Source: Octopus vulgaris
Taxonomy: Eukaryota
Length of the DNA: 64,000 bases
Reading direction: 5' to 3'
Assembly (NCBI GenBank): GCA_951406725.2
Contig: OX597814.1
Coordinates: 120,838,001 to 120,902,000, forward strand
Numbering within the stretch: the first letter of the stretch is position 1; every line of letters starts with the position of its first letter. The notes below the pieces were generated by a model. The model did not search any database, had not been told where the DNA came from, and was given only the letters and a program-made list of their open reading frames with translations. Below, in pieces: positions 13,698-26,808 of the stretch. A program made the position numbers and the translations under genes.

Positions 13698-15339
13698 TCT
13701 ATGAATATTAAGCACACCTATATATGTAAATATATTAACTAGATCAACTATTGATTTACACAGATTTACGTTAAAATATTTTTTACCAAGAGCTTTACTG
13801 TTGTCATCCATATTTAAACACTTAATTACCTACTGTAAAGGTTCAAGCCAATGGTATTAAATATTTTACACTTTTACACTGCGTGTGTACATAATTTTAA
13901 CTTCTTTTGTGCTTTAGAAATTTATATGTGCGGTATTGTAAATTTTTATTTATTTATAAGTCTGCTATATATCTTTAACTTTAAAATTCTGTTTCTTTTT
14001 CTCGGTACTTTCTATCGTAGCTCCCACAACATTTATAAATTCTCCTCTACATTTATATTTAAGTAACGTTTATTCTTCATTGGAAATATTTCTTTCCCTC
14101 ATAGCCAAATATAAGAACTCTGCAGTAACGAAAATTTATATAGGTTAGTGTCTTTATATTTTACGCTTATCTAATTATTCAATTACGACACGACTTTAAT
14201 TAGCAACAATGATTCTTTTTATATCATTTATGTTATATCGGCTTCGTTTAACATCGTCGTACCATCATTCGTTCTCTTCTCCCTTAAACTGTGATCTAGT
14301 AATTATTATTTTATTTTAAGATACTGTTTTATCTCCTAAACCCTGAATAATTTATATTACCCAGTGCTGTTGATTTCCTTTGAGATACCTCTTTAGCCTC
14401 CTCTATAGAAGTTAGCGGTCATTAAATATTCCTCGTTAAGTTTTAGAAATTTGGTGAAACAACTAAGAAATGAAAAGCGTTTCAATTACACGGTGCTTTG
14501 TTGAATCGAAATAAACTGAATATGATGCCCTAATAATTCTACATAACTACTTTCAACAAAATACACGGAGGCGTATCCTTTGTAAATTCTGTCTTTTATT
14601 TTTTCTCCAAACATTCCAATTAGTTTCAACCACGCAGCGTGGACGAAGTTAAATAAATCGTTACCACACTGGTAAACGGAAATATTTTACCGGCTCTTTT
14701 CGCTTGAAGTCCTTTCGCTCTGAAGACAATATTATGATAAAGTGAGATCAGGAACTGGAGGAAATTCTCAACCACTTCCACCATCATTCTCTAATATATT
14801 CCCATACGTTTCTCTTAGTGACATAATTTCGCTAAACTGAAATAGATATTACTTAAATCTTATCGATCATTCTAATATTTGCCGCTGACCCAGTCTCTTC
14901 AAACATTGACTCATGTCTACGTAACTTCCCAAAATTTGTCTGTTTTATTTATTTTTTTCCAAAAACATAGTACGGTACAGATATTTTCATTTAACTACTA
15001 AAGCCTCTCTTTGTATATTCACTACTTTTCTATTTTTCGTTATTTCACCATCTTTGAAATGTATTTCCTTTGCAGTTCAACTTAAGAAATCAACGCTTTT
15101 AAAATCCCTCCTGCACATTTGATATTTAGTTATTATATGTTATATCACGTCTAGTTTTTATTCATCGCGTACGGTTCTCAACGAGTACATACAAAGTTTT
15201 AAGGCGTCATATTGTTATCATATTCAGTACTCTCTTTATTCAAAAGAGAATATATATTAGTGGGCTGCCACTGAAAGCAGATCAAAATGATCTGGTATTG
15301 AAAAGAGCAGCATGTATAAACGAACACACATTAAATATA

Positions 15340-16045
15340 TGTACGGCCTTATCCACATTATCACTGGCGAGACTGAATTCAAAATGGCCCGTCGGTTCAC
15401 CTACCTCGGCTTCAATAGCATATCAGAAGACAAGATCGACAAGGGAATCGACGTGCATTTGACAGACTGTATGAGCGTGTGTTGAACAGCGAACGCGTAA
15501 AAAAAGAGTACCAAGACCAGCGTTTACTCAGCTTTAATCTTTACTATTCTTCTATATGGCTGAGAGTTGTGTGTCACTCATCGTCAATATCTATAACAAT
15601 TCCCATCAACGTCCACTGGAGTGACTTCATCTCCAATGTTGTAGTCTTTAAATAGGCAGAAATTAACTTCATCGAGACCATGCTGCTGAAGTTCCAGCTA
15701 TGTTGGACAGAGTATGTCTCCAGGATGAAAGATAATCATCTGCTCTAGATCAAGTTGTATAGCAAATGCTCCATCGGGCATCGCGTATGAGGACAACCAA
15801 AGTAGCGATACAAGGACTGTTAGAACTCACCCCTTGACGCCTTTCATATCACACATAGCTCGTGGGCCACTTTAACCGAGGACTGTGATGCCTGGCCGCT
15901 CACAGTAAGCCATGCTGCTTCCTCCCTCGAAAACATCCGCAGGGTTACTTTCCAAATGTACCAGAACCTCAACTGCAGCAACTAGCGTACTCCTGCAGTA
16001 AACGTGGACCCCCACCCCGTCTCAATCTGGCTTTGCGAAGCGATG
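15340..16045 (+). mobile_element. RTE (BovB-like) LINE 3' remnant
   Basis: FTYLG, KIDK, IETMLLKFQLCW..VSRM, GQPK*RYKDC motifs with stops. Confidence 0.75.
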
Positions 16046-16050
16046 CTAAG

Positions 16051-16093
<43 letters not shown>

Positions 16094-16329
16094 AGTGTGT
16101 GTGTAAGTGAGCTTGGAGGAATTTTTTTCCGGTTGGATATTGTATCAGCTCTCAGTTCAATTCCAGTTAACGGTCAACCACAAAAATCCCTATCTAACGT
16201 CTGTGTCTACATCTAATTGTTAGTCACTCCGTGAATTCTTCCGATGGGCAATTCCTTGTACTCATAGCTGGACGCTCAGAAAATTGTCTGAAATATATTT
16301 TAATATTAATAAGAATAAATAGTATAGAA

Positions 16330-17500
16330 GCTTGTACATTCACAAAATTTATTTCATAGTCATATATAGTGTATTATTATGACCTGCAAGTGTTTCCGCT
16401 ATAGACACTACTTACTGTTGCAAATATTACCTTGCAATATTGTGGTTTCAGCCTCATACGTGTCCTGCCATTGTGTCATACTTGAAGTGAAATGACTGAC
16501 GTAAATTTTTGCTTTGTGGTGGGTGGAGTTTTTGTTGACGTCAACTTCACCCCAGTCGTTGTCCAAAGTTAGGTCTTGGTCTTAAAATATGTGAAGGTTG
16601 AGATTAGTGTTTTGCATAGTTTTAATGGTTGTGCGTGCTATGTTTTTCTTTTTTTTTATTTCGAGTCTACTAAATGTATTGAAGGGTTCATGCCTGTCTA
16701 TATTCCCTTTGTGGTTGGGCTGCTCATAATTTGTATGGTATATTGGGTATGATATTGTTTTTTATTAATGATGATTACGAAATGCTGAGTTGTTTTTATA
16801 TTTGTTATATGAAGCTCATTTTTCGCTGGGACGTTGGCTATCTAGAATTAATTGTATATCACATAAAGGTTCCACCGTCTTTGTGTAGACATCTTAGGAC
16901 TTGTTCGTATCTTGCATTAATTAATGTCTCATTTTGATGTAAATATTGAGTAACCTTCCCCTACACATAGTTTGCATCTATTTCTTCCTACTCGATAAGG
17001 CTTAGCAATACTAACTGGTTCTCAATCGATAGAATAGATATTGTCTTTGTCTTTAATTGGAAAAATTTGTTTTCTTAGACTTGTATTATCTCTAAAGCAA
17101 CTTAAAGGATTGGCCCCTATATAAAATATTCCCTTCCCTCCAAGAAAACTTCGCATCTATGGACCAGGGTCTGAGTTTTACATTTTGAATCCAACGGGCT
17201 CTAGTACGGTTGCATAGAGCTGTTTGCCTTCTGTTTCGATTACACATTGTTTTATTGATTTCAATTGAAGTCTCTCTTCTTTCTTCTGTTTCGGTATTAT
17301 TTGTGTATTCTCTGTTGATATTAGTTATGGTGCTGTTCGTTCTGGAGATTCGTCGTTTTAATTCTATGCCTGTGAAGTTAGGGTTGTTGACCTTTGACTG
17401 GTTGTTCTGTTAGCATTCCCTCTTACTCCAGTGCGTGCTAATATGGTCTCATCCATTATGTCCCTGCTATTGTTAGTTATCTGATTTATATATTCCATCA
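16330..17500 (-). mobile_element. Penelope-like (Naiad-type) element: GIY-YIG endonuclease and 3' UTR, inverted
   Basis: Minus strand reads PLDSKCKTQTLVHRCEV..YIG, then KPYRVGRNRCKLCVGE and LINARYEQVLRCLHK, with frameshifts. Confidence 0.7.
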
Positions 17501-17529
17501 CTTAAGTCTAGTGTCATGTCTAAAATATG

Positions 17530-18460
17530 ATTGCGTTGTGTACCTCCTCGATGCATCGATTAAAAACATTCTATTGCCACCATAGAAGGAATGCATAGAT
17601 GAAACCAACTGATTCATACAACAAATGAGATGGCAAGAATACTTCCACGACCGATAAGATGAAAGTTCTAACAGCACTGATAAATATATACCTGAACTTA
17701 GGAACATTATGAAACTAAATATTTGGCCAAGTTCATATGAGGTAATTGACTGCTTAAACTAAATCCCAACAAATAAACAAACCAAATCCTTACAAATAGA
17801 TATATCTAACTACTACAACTCCATTAACCCAATCCACCTAAACAAAGCACGTATATTCGCAATGAAAAAATCTGATCTAAGTAGAAAAGTTGATGTAGTA
17901 TCAGGTGCTAGAAAATCAATTATTAAATTCGAACTAAAATACTGGCTAAGAAAAGACAGGCCGGGTATGTTTGACATAAAAATGGGTTGGCTGACGCTGC
18001 GCAGGTAATTGATATGGTAGGAATTTATAGTTTATACAACCTAAAGAAAGAATTTCCAAAAGATGGTTGAGGTATATACCGGGATGACGCACTATTAACC
18101 ATGCTTAACCCTTCTAGATAGCGATAGATAAATACAGGAAAAATTTTTACCAAGTTATTTACAAACATAGCACTTTCCGTCTCAATACAGGAGGAGCACA
18201 ACTCAGTCGATGTTTTAGACGTGACTCTACACCTAAGAACTGGAATAAATAAACCATACATTAGCCCCAATAAAAGCCTTAAATACATTCACAAAAACAG
18301 TAATCATCCCAAGTGCATAACCCAATCCATAATGGCAAACATTTGAACACACCTATCAATAAAATAATATTTAGGTTAAACAAAGTTTGCTACAATTTAG
18401 TACAAGAGAAAGCAGGATATAAAAAAAGGTTAGTTTTCAACAAGAGTAACCAAAACAAGA
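17530..18460 (+). mobile_element. Penelope-like (Naiad-type) reverse transcriptase remnant
   Basis: SIKNI..FIQQMRW N-terminus, LNIW, QIDISNYYNSI, FDIKMG, GIYRDDAL, VLDVTL, YIHKNSNHP; several stops. Confidence 0.8.
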
Positions 18461-18519
18461 TAGATGCATTCAGTTAGGTAACCTATGCAGACACTAATTA
18501 TGACACGAACTTACCATGA

Positions 18520-18725
18520 AAACCCACTAAAACGCCATATGTGGAAAATGAAATGCAAAGAAGAATGCAAACATAGAGCATAACCAAAGGGTGACAAGCT
18601 CTGAGAAGAGCAAGAATTCGAACGCCATACGAAGGTAAATAGCCGAAATAACAACGGAAGCCTTAGTACGCCGTTCATTAGAAGTGACGAAGACCACCAC
18701 AGTCTAGTGCACATACACTCCATAA
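18520..18725 (+). mobile_element. Possible RTE 3' terminal fragment
   Basis: Basic C-terminal segment ending in a decayed zinc-finger-like LVHIH. Confidence 0.3.
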
Positions 18726-19654
18726 TCTTCTAATCTTTCAATAATTTATAGCAGAGTCTCATCAATGTTTGTTTTCCTTTAAAGAACTCTAATACATATT
18801 CTGATTAATCTGTTTCATTTTTTTACAACCGGGCATTAATTCCACCCACAAACGCAACAAAGAAATACAATAGTAAGCGATCCGCAACCAAGAACAGACA
18901 GCTCGGTAAGCATAAATCACGCTAACAATAAAAACCGGACATTACCTATAGATATCAAAACCAATAATTATTCTACGACGACATTGCTCCTTCACGAAAC
19001 ATCCGTAATTTCCAACATCTCTAGACTACGCTATACAGTGAAAGAAAAACACATTCAGAAAACTATCACATACCATAGAATATTTAAACACATGTTGCAT
19101 GTGCGTGTGAGTGTTTTTTCTTTTGTGTGTGTGTATGTGTGTGTGTGAGTGTGTGTAATTTGAATTTTAAATCCATATTTAGCATTGTCTTTGTTGAAGG
19201 AGATCTGAAAAATAAACCAATCGCAACAAAAAGGAAACACGCTGCACATGCTTAAGTGTGGATAGCATTGACTTGTGGATGAAAACATCTATATAACTTC
19301 AATTTCCCTCGGTGTTTTGTAAGTAAGACCCTGCAAGACATCTATTACAATTTAGCTTGATACAAATCAGAAATGTCAAAGCCGTTTCCTTTCAATGGAC
19401 TGCTTCTAAAGGTTCTGAAATCTCACCTGCCTCCTAATTTGATATTATAATTATTTGACTTAGGGCTGCCGAAATATTTGTAAGAAGGACCTGAAAGTGT
19501 AATAGATCTGTTGTTATTGCCGCGCCAGTACTATCAAAATAGGATTTTCTACAGGAGTTTTAAAGTATATTTGGATTTTAAGACAAAATAGTGACTACCT
19601 AAATGGAAAAGTCTGTACCTCCTTTATCTAATACTTTTTATTGTAAATCTAGTC

Positions 19655-20140
19655 GAGTTCCTTATGAAGATAAGTTGGACACCGCTCGGCCTCGAAAGAT
19701 TGACCGTTATGTAAACCTGCTCGAGGAATATGAAGAAGCAGGCTGAAAGCGGAGCATTTTCCAATCGAAGTTGGATGTAGAGGGTTTGTTGGACATAGTG
19801 TGAGACGACTGTTGTTATCGTTAGCTCTAACTCATCGTAAAGTCAATACCACGATGACCGATATCCAAGCTACAGTGGAGAAGGCAAGCCACTGGATTTC
19901 GTTAAAAAGAGACAATGAGTGATGGCTAGAAGAATATTGAGCTTTATTTGATAACCAGTTGATCTAGCAAGCGGGGCCTCATATCAGTGAGGGGGGGCCG
20001 GTGCGCATTGATGCCGTCGAGAGGTAGGCCCCGAAACGGCACGCATTCTCTCCTGATAACCCCATACATTTGCTGGCTTTCGGTATACGGAGTGTTTGAA
20101 TGGTAGCACTTGCATGTGCAAGTTGTTTGCAAGACATCAT
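19655..20140 (+). mobile_element. Hero-like (R2 group) LINE 3' end
   Basis: PYEDK..RKIDRY..FPIEVGCRGFV..VEKASHWI.LKR restriction-like endonuclease C-terminus plus a GC-rich 3' UTR. Confidence 0.8.
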
Positions 20141-20445
20141 AGTTCAGTGACTACATTTGATTAAAATTTTTTTTAAATAAATGCAGAATTATATCTTGAG
20201 CATACGGACCCACTTCATTATAACTTGTATATAATAATTGGAAAGTTTACTATGTAGATCTGCCAATATTAACAAGATGTTTCTGACAGCTTTCTATTTC
20301 GTCTCTGTTTTCTCTATTATAACATGTTTTCTGTGTATCTAATACATCTAAAGCGTAGTAAAGTTTTATTTTCTACTACCTGACATGATTTTAACTACGG
20401 CGGAAATGGAAATGTCAACGAGGGCTAAGAATAAATGAATCTTAC

Positions 20446-20494
20446 CTTGTTTAATTCCGTAGTATTTGAGCGAGGACTATGTTATATCAATGGC
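20446..20494 (-). other. Candidate 49-nt exon, copy 1
   Basis: tttcAG|GCC...CAAG|GTAAGA; near-identical copy at 23189-23237. Confidence 0.5.
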
Positions 20495-21052
20495 CTGAAA
20501 TAACTTAATGTCTCACTATTTTAACATATTTATTTAACTTTCTTGCAGACAAACATATTTCTGATGATATATAAATCAGCAAATGTATTCATTTATTCTA
20601 AATTACCTTTATAGATATATTTCATACATATTTTTTTGTAGGTGGCAAATGTTCTCAATATATCTTTTATCGATTTCTAGTTTCATTATTTGAGATATTT
20701 TAGATAATCGGAGGCGAAAAATCCTTTACAAAATAATAACTGGACGCTGTATACATAGATTCACTCATTGCATTCGATATCAAGAATTTGACCTTATTTC
20801 TTTCGTCTTTGATCTTTATACATTTCCAGCTTTTGCATTGAACAGTTCATAGAATTGTCCGCAAACAATATCCTTGAGAGTAATGTGCAGAATTAAGTAA
20901 CCGAGAATGCATGAAATTCCGCTATAACATACATATATTTTTACAGGTATTTGAGTGAAAGTGTGTATAAATTTCATGCGGTGTCCGCATATATAAACAT
21001 GTGTAGACTTTCACATTTGTAAATATATGTATAGAGCGAGGAGAGTAAGATC

Positions 21053-21055
<3 letters not shown>

Positions 21056-21105
<50 letters not shown>
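21056..21105. repeat. (GA)n microsatellite
   Basis: Read directly. Confidence 0.95.
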
Positions 21106-21109
<4 letters not shown>

Positions 21110-22115
21110 TGAAAGAAAAAATATTTTTATTTATAGATAATGTGCTGAAAATATTATTTATATTTGAAGTTTAGCAATTAAATTCATTAGCTTTTATTTT
21201 TGAACTGTTCTGATATTGTAGGTCGCATTTTGAGACCCTATATTTACATCATTCTTAATACAACATTTAAATTGTATTAATTAGTTTCCTATATAGTTTA
21301 AAAGAAGGCGATGCACAATGGAGGTTAGTCGTGTGAATAATGAGAACATCAATAACACATTGTTATACATTGAGAAAAGGCAATAAAATATTTAATTAAT
21401 CTATAACGTTCTTTGATATTAAAGAAATAGAATCTATTTGTTATGTGGAAACAAAATTATTTTTGTTGCAAATCTGGCACATAGCTTAGAGAATTAAACA
21501 ACAAATGAAGATAATTGAAATATTCAGTTGTGTATTTGACTATTTTGGAACGTAAATTACTTTGTATTTTTAACTACAACAATGGAAATATTCGGGATAC
21601 TCCTGTTTATACAAAAACGATGTAATAGAAGGCCTAATGACTTGAAGATTTTATTAACGTCAATTCTCGTTAACGTCCTATAAACTTATATTTGAGATGG
21701 AAAAAGTATTATGTTTTTCAAGGAAAGCATCAAAATATTACATACCATTTTTACGAGACATTCGAGAACGTAAGTTATGAGAAAATTCTTCTTAAAGTCA
21801 TTTTGTCCACGCAGAATATAAAATATACATACTTGTGCATCGGAATAAATATTATATATATACATGCTGACTATATTAGGCATAATGACCATAAATGATT
21901 CTCTTAATCCAATTCTATGTTTGTGTTAGTTACATAAGTGTTTGCGTATATATGTGCCTGGTTAGCCGTATATAATCATATATGTGTGTGTATATGTATA
22001 TATATATGTATATGCGTGTGTTTGTATATATATATATATATACATATTCATTTATATACATATTAACATATCTATATATGTGTAACTGTATACATATATA
22101 TATATATACACAAAC

Positions 22116-22166
<51 letters not shown>

Positions 22167-22895
22167 CATAATAAATAACAATAGGGGAATAAGAAATTCT
22201 TATTACCAGTGGCCTAGCACTGCCATTTCTAGCACAATGCTTTCCTATTTGGAAGCCTCTTGATGTATTTATATATACATATGTATATAAATACCTGTTT
22301 GTGCGGTTTTGTGTACAAATATATATATATATATTATATATGGGTATATACATACATACACATATATATATACACACATATATTTATACATATATATGGG
22401 AATGAATCTGATAACGAATACCCAAATAGTTAATCGAACTGTTCCATGGGCTATGAAGGAATAAATAGAATATATAGTAATAAATTCGTATGTAGAAAGG
22501 TGAGGGACTTTTATTCAAGTAACAGTAAATTCATTCTTTGTTACCTATTCCTGTCTAAAACATTCCATGGCCTATTACAACGACACGTAAATAGTGACAG
22601 GATTCAATAACATGTATTCCGCAAGTACATAGGAATAAAATCATTGGTACTAGCATCGTATATACGTAAGCAAGCATATATTGCAGTTACTGCCACAGTA
22701 ATATATACATATGTACGCTCACAAGCCTAATCATAGATGCATACAGAAACATGCATACTCAACCAGAAACAGTTATGAATATCCACACCAACTTACAAAT
22801 AGATAGAAAAACTATTAATTCTAAATCTCTGAACGAGATACATGCAGCAACAGTATTGTACAGTAAAGTTTACTTGCCAACGTAAAGTGGCAATC

Positions 22896-22984
22896 CTGGT
22901 TAGGACGAATGTTACTGCTATTTAGCCCCAGGAAAAGACGATATTTTCCTGGGGTTAAAGAGCAGTAACATTCGTCTTAATCAG
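22896..22984. repeat. About 41-bp-arm inverted repeat (hairpin)
   Basis: ctggttaggacgaatgttactgct...ccaggaaaa / ttttcctgg...agcagtaacattcgtcttaatcag with a 7-nt loop. Confidence 0.9.
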
Positions 22985-23188
22985 AACTTTACTCCATACA
23001 AATATATGTATATATGTATATACGTATATATATATATGCTCATATACATACTCTATTAGAGATTCACGAGAGAATCAGGTACTTCAGTATTAAGCACCAG
23101 GCTGAATGAACTGATATTTACTCATTTATTTACATATATACAAAAATACGCACAAATATTCACATAGTTAAATTAATACGAATCTTAC

Positions 23189-23237
23189 CTTGTTTAATTC
23201 TGTAGTATTTGAGCGAGGACTATGTTATATCAACGGC
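23189..23237 (-). other. Candidate 49-nt exon, copy 2
   Basis: ttttAG|GCC...CAAG|GTAAGA; two substitutions versus copy 1 within the exon. Confidence 0.5.
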
Positions 23238-23251
23238 CTAAAATAACTTAA

Positions 23252-23527
23252 TGTCTCGGGGTCACTCCGAAAAGCTCTATCTGCGACGATTTCATCTCAA
23301 TCGAAGGAGAGGGGCTTTCTCCGTCCGGGTTGCAGATCCGTGGAATAAGCTGCCGGACGAGATGGGGAAGATGCCGACGACCGCTCGGTTCAAAGTCTCC
23401 CTTGACCACAAGTGGTCTGAACTCTTTACATGAGCACCACCCTGTACATAACTCCATGTCCCCCTACATGGCCTTTCTTTTTGCTTTTTGAGCCAAAAAT
23501 TAACTAACTAACTAACTAACTAACTAA
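23252..23527 (+). mobile_element. CR1 LINE 3' end with (CTAA)n tail
   Basis: RGH..KL....RR..FSVRV..WNKLP...FK..LD C-terminal CR1 motif followed by a (TAAC)n tail. Confidence 0.85.
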
Positions 23528-23584
23528 ATACAACTATTTCTTCTCCTCCCCACTTTTACTACTACTGTCTCTACAAGTAATAAC

Positions 23585-24027
23585 AATGGTTTCAAATTTT
23601 GCTTCAAGGGCACTTACACGAGTGTTCAACTGGTACATATTTTATCGATTCCGAAAGAACGAAAGGCAAAGTAGACCGCGGCAGAAATTGATCTCAGAAC
23701 CTGAAGACGGACGAAATGCCGCTAAGTATTTTTCTCGGCGTGCTTAACGATTCTGCCAGCTCGCTACCTTATCTATAAGTAATAACAATTACAAAAATAA
23801 TAATCTTTTTTACTATCAGTACAAGGCAGGATTTTGTTTTTATTTGGGAGGAAGTGGTAAGTCGATAAACTGACCCCAGTGCTCAACTGGTGCTCTATTC
23901 ATCGCCTTTGAGATGATAATAGGCAAGGTTGAGAACGGTGGAATATGAAATCAGACCGCGAAGATAAACAAAATGCCGCTAAACATTTTCTACGACGTGC
24001 TATCGATTCTTCCAGCTAACCGCCATT
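23585..24027 (-). mobile_element. Two degraded SINE family B copies
   Basis: Homology to the family B core. Confidence 0.75.
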
Positions 24028-24139
24028 GTATCATTATTATTATTATTATCATTATTGTTGTTGTTGTTGTTGTTATTATTATTTTTATTATTATTATTAT
24101 TATTACTATTACTATTACTATTACTATTATTATTATTAT

Positions 24140-24897
24140 TACTTTTTTTTTCTTCTTTCAAATTTGCTTCCATTTCTTGCCGAGTGTCTTCCCGACTCCT
24201 AGGGCAAAGAAACTCATAGTATACATTGGTAGGCCATTAAACCAAACTCAATAGTTCGTTCATTTTTTTTTTTTTTTTTTAAGTTAAATTAAAATACATG
24301 AGCAGCAACAGTTCTCACATCGACAATGCTCTTCTCAATACGTGTGATGTACCAGTTAAGACAATCTTTTGCACTTCTTGCAGGGATGGTAAGCCAGGGA
24401 TCATTCTCATAGAATTTTCGATTCCCTTCTTGATCATTCCTAGTGCTCCTACGATCACTGGTATTGTAACCGCCTTGAGATGCCACATTTTCTCAATTTC
24501 AATGAGTAGGTCTTTATATTTTCTGAGCTTGTCAAACTCTTTCGCTGAGATATTATGATCACAGGGAATGCTCATGTCGATCAATAAGCAAACTTTATTG
24601 TTTTGGTCTTTCACAACAATATCTGGTTTATTGACCTTGATGGTTCGGTCTGTATGTACTGGAAAGTCCCACAGAATGGTTACATTTTCTCCTTCAGTTA
24701 CAGCCTCAGGGTGGTGATTATACCACTTGTCGGCAGTTTTGATATTGTAATGCCGACTTATTAGCCAGTGTAGATATTGGCCAACTCTGTCATGTCTTAA
24801 TTTATACTCCACTGGAGCTAAGACTTTACATCCAGAGATTAGGTGGTCCACTGTTTCAATCATGTCGTTGCAGAATCGGCATTTTGGGTCTGCTCCA
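24140..24897 (-). mobile_element. R4/Dong-like LINE, 5'-truncated (zinc knuckle and RLE domain, ORF 24315-24863)
   Basis: CRFC..ETVDHLISGC, RHD, KPDIV..LLID..P..K..KY, IPVIVGALG; flanked on both sides by (TAA)n. Confidence 0.9.
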
Positions 24898-24917
24898 TTT
24901 TTTTCCCTTTTTCATCA

Positions 24918-24957
<40 letters not shown>

Positions 24958-24979
24958 GTTGTTGTTATTATTATTGTTG

Positions 24980-25038
<59 letters not shown>

Positions 25039-25102
25039 TGTATTATTATTATTATTAGTAGTAGTAGTAGTAGGAATAGTAGTAGGAGGAGGAGGAGGAG
25101 GA
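24918..25102. repeat. (TTA)/(TTG)/(TAG)/(GGA) repeat
   Basis: Read directly. Confidence 0.95.
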
Positions 25103-25466
25103 GAAGTTTTAAATTTTGGCACAGGGTCAGCGGTTTTGATGAGAGGGAAGTTGATTAAATTATTTAGAGGCAAGCATTCTTTCTGAGGTAATAAAATGAA
25201 ATACTGCTTAATTCTTTACAGTTCTATATCAGAATCTGAAGTTTTAGTACTTGGGCGCCAATTGTAGTGCTTTTAATAAGATAAGTGGGTCGGTTCTCTT
25301 TTATAAAGAAAATACTGGCTCATAGGAAAATTACTACTGGCAGTGTAACTATTTCATATGAAAACTATGAAATTATTCTGAGAAAGGATTTTAAGAAATA
25401 AAATAGCTATAAATTTTCTGAACTTCTAGTTAGAGTTTAACAGGAGAAAGACCTTTTATTTAAGAA

Positions 25467-25884
25467 AGGCGGCGAGCTGGCAGAAACTTCAGCACGCCGG
25501 ACGAAATACCAAGCGGTATTTCGTCTGCCGTTACGTTCTGAGTTCAAAGTCCCGCCGAGGTCGACTTTGCCTTTCATCCTTTCGGGGCCTATTAAATAAG
25601 TACCAGTTACGCACTGGGGTCGATATAATCGACTTAATCCGTTTGTCTGTCCTTGTTTGTCCTCTCTGTGTTTAGCCTCTTGTGGGTAGTAAAGAAATAG
25701 GTATTTTGTCTGCCGTTACGTTCTGAGTTCAAATTCCGCCGGGGTCACCTTTGCCTTTCATCCTTTCAAGGTCGATATATTAAGTACAAGTTACGCACTG
25801 GGGTCGATATAATCGACTTAATCCGTTTGTCTGCCCTTGTTTGTCTTGTCTATGTTTATCCCCTTGTGGGCAGTAAAGAAATAA
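25467..25884 (+). mobile_element. SINE family B with tandemly duplicated body
   Basis: Head AGGCGGCGAGCTGGCAGAA, B box GAGTTCAAA, body TGCCTTTCATCCTTTCGGGG (Meta-domain-like, inferred). Confidence 0.9.
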
Positions 25885-26577
25885 GAATGACCTTTTTTAG
25901 CAGACGTTCCACATTTGCTATTGATTCAGTCCTTAAAGCCTTACACTGTTGAATGTGGCGTGCTCATCAAGGTCATGAATGCTGGATACTATTCTGCTGA
26001 AACAATTGAAATCTCCTGCTTCGGATTTAACCTGTACCTTTCGGGTAATCAGTCGGCTCAGATGCAACATACTTTGGGTGTTCTTAGTACATTGGTCAGA
26101 GAAACCAGTGAGATAGCTTCAGAAGTCTACTTTGGATTCTTTTTCCAGCAAATCTACTTGACACTATATTTGGTTCTGTCTGCCATGGCATTTAAAGTGA
26201 TGGTCTTTCTGATGGTCTGAGTATCTTTCAATGAGATCGTTAGTAGAAATTGACCTCAAAATCCATACGAGCCCCGAATCGTGATAACTTCATCTAGGAA
26301 GCCTGATTGTTGCTATGTGAAAGTTTAAGAGAAATATCCCAGCAAATTGGCTGAATTTTTGCTTATGTCTAGTGCCACACGACAAAGTAAACACGTCCCA
26401 CTATAGAGTAAGATAAATCTACACAGTAACGGTCAATGTAGAAGTATGACAAATGCTACTAATTGAAATGAGAGTCTTTCTAAATTTATAAAAATAATAC
26501 TTGGGGCCAATATACCATGAGATTAAAAGGCAATGGAAAAGGCTATATTTTAATTAGGATGCCTAATTAAAATTTAC

Positions 26578-26749
26578 AGTAGGAATGGCTGTGTGGTAAG
26601 TATTTTGCTTACCAACGACATGGTACCGGGTTCAGTCCAACTGCGTGGCACCTTGGGCAAGTGTCTTCTACTATAGCCTCGGGCCGACCAATGCCTTTTG
26701 AGTGGATTTGGTAGACGGAAACTGAAAGAAGCCTGTCGTGTATATGAGG

Positions 26750-26808
<59 letters not shown>

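Noticed and set aside
14300-14950. Possible very old LINE RT on the minus strand
   Set aside because: Only faint motif resemblance
17100-17230. Selenocysteine UGA or SECIS, as reported for some Naiad elements
   Set aside because: No in-frame TGA at Cys positions seen in either PLE; SECIS could not be assessed by eye
20000-20050. ttgatg..ccgaaac in the Hero 3' UTR as a hammerhead
   Set aside because: No CTGANGA and no consistent helix I or cleavage triplet
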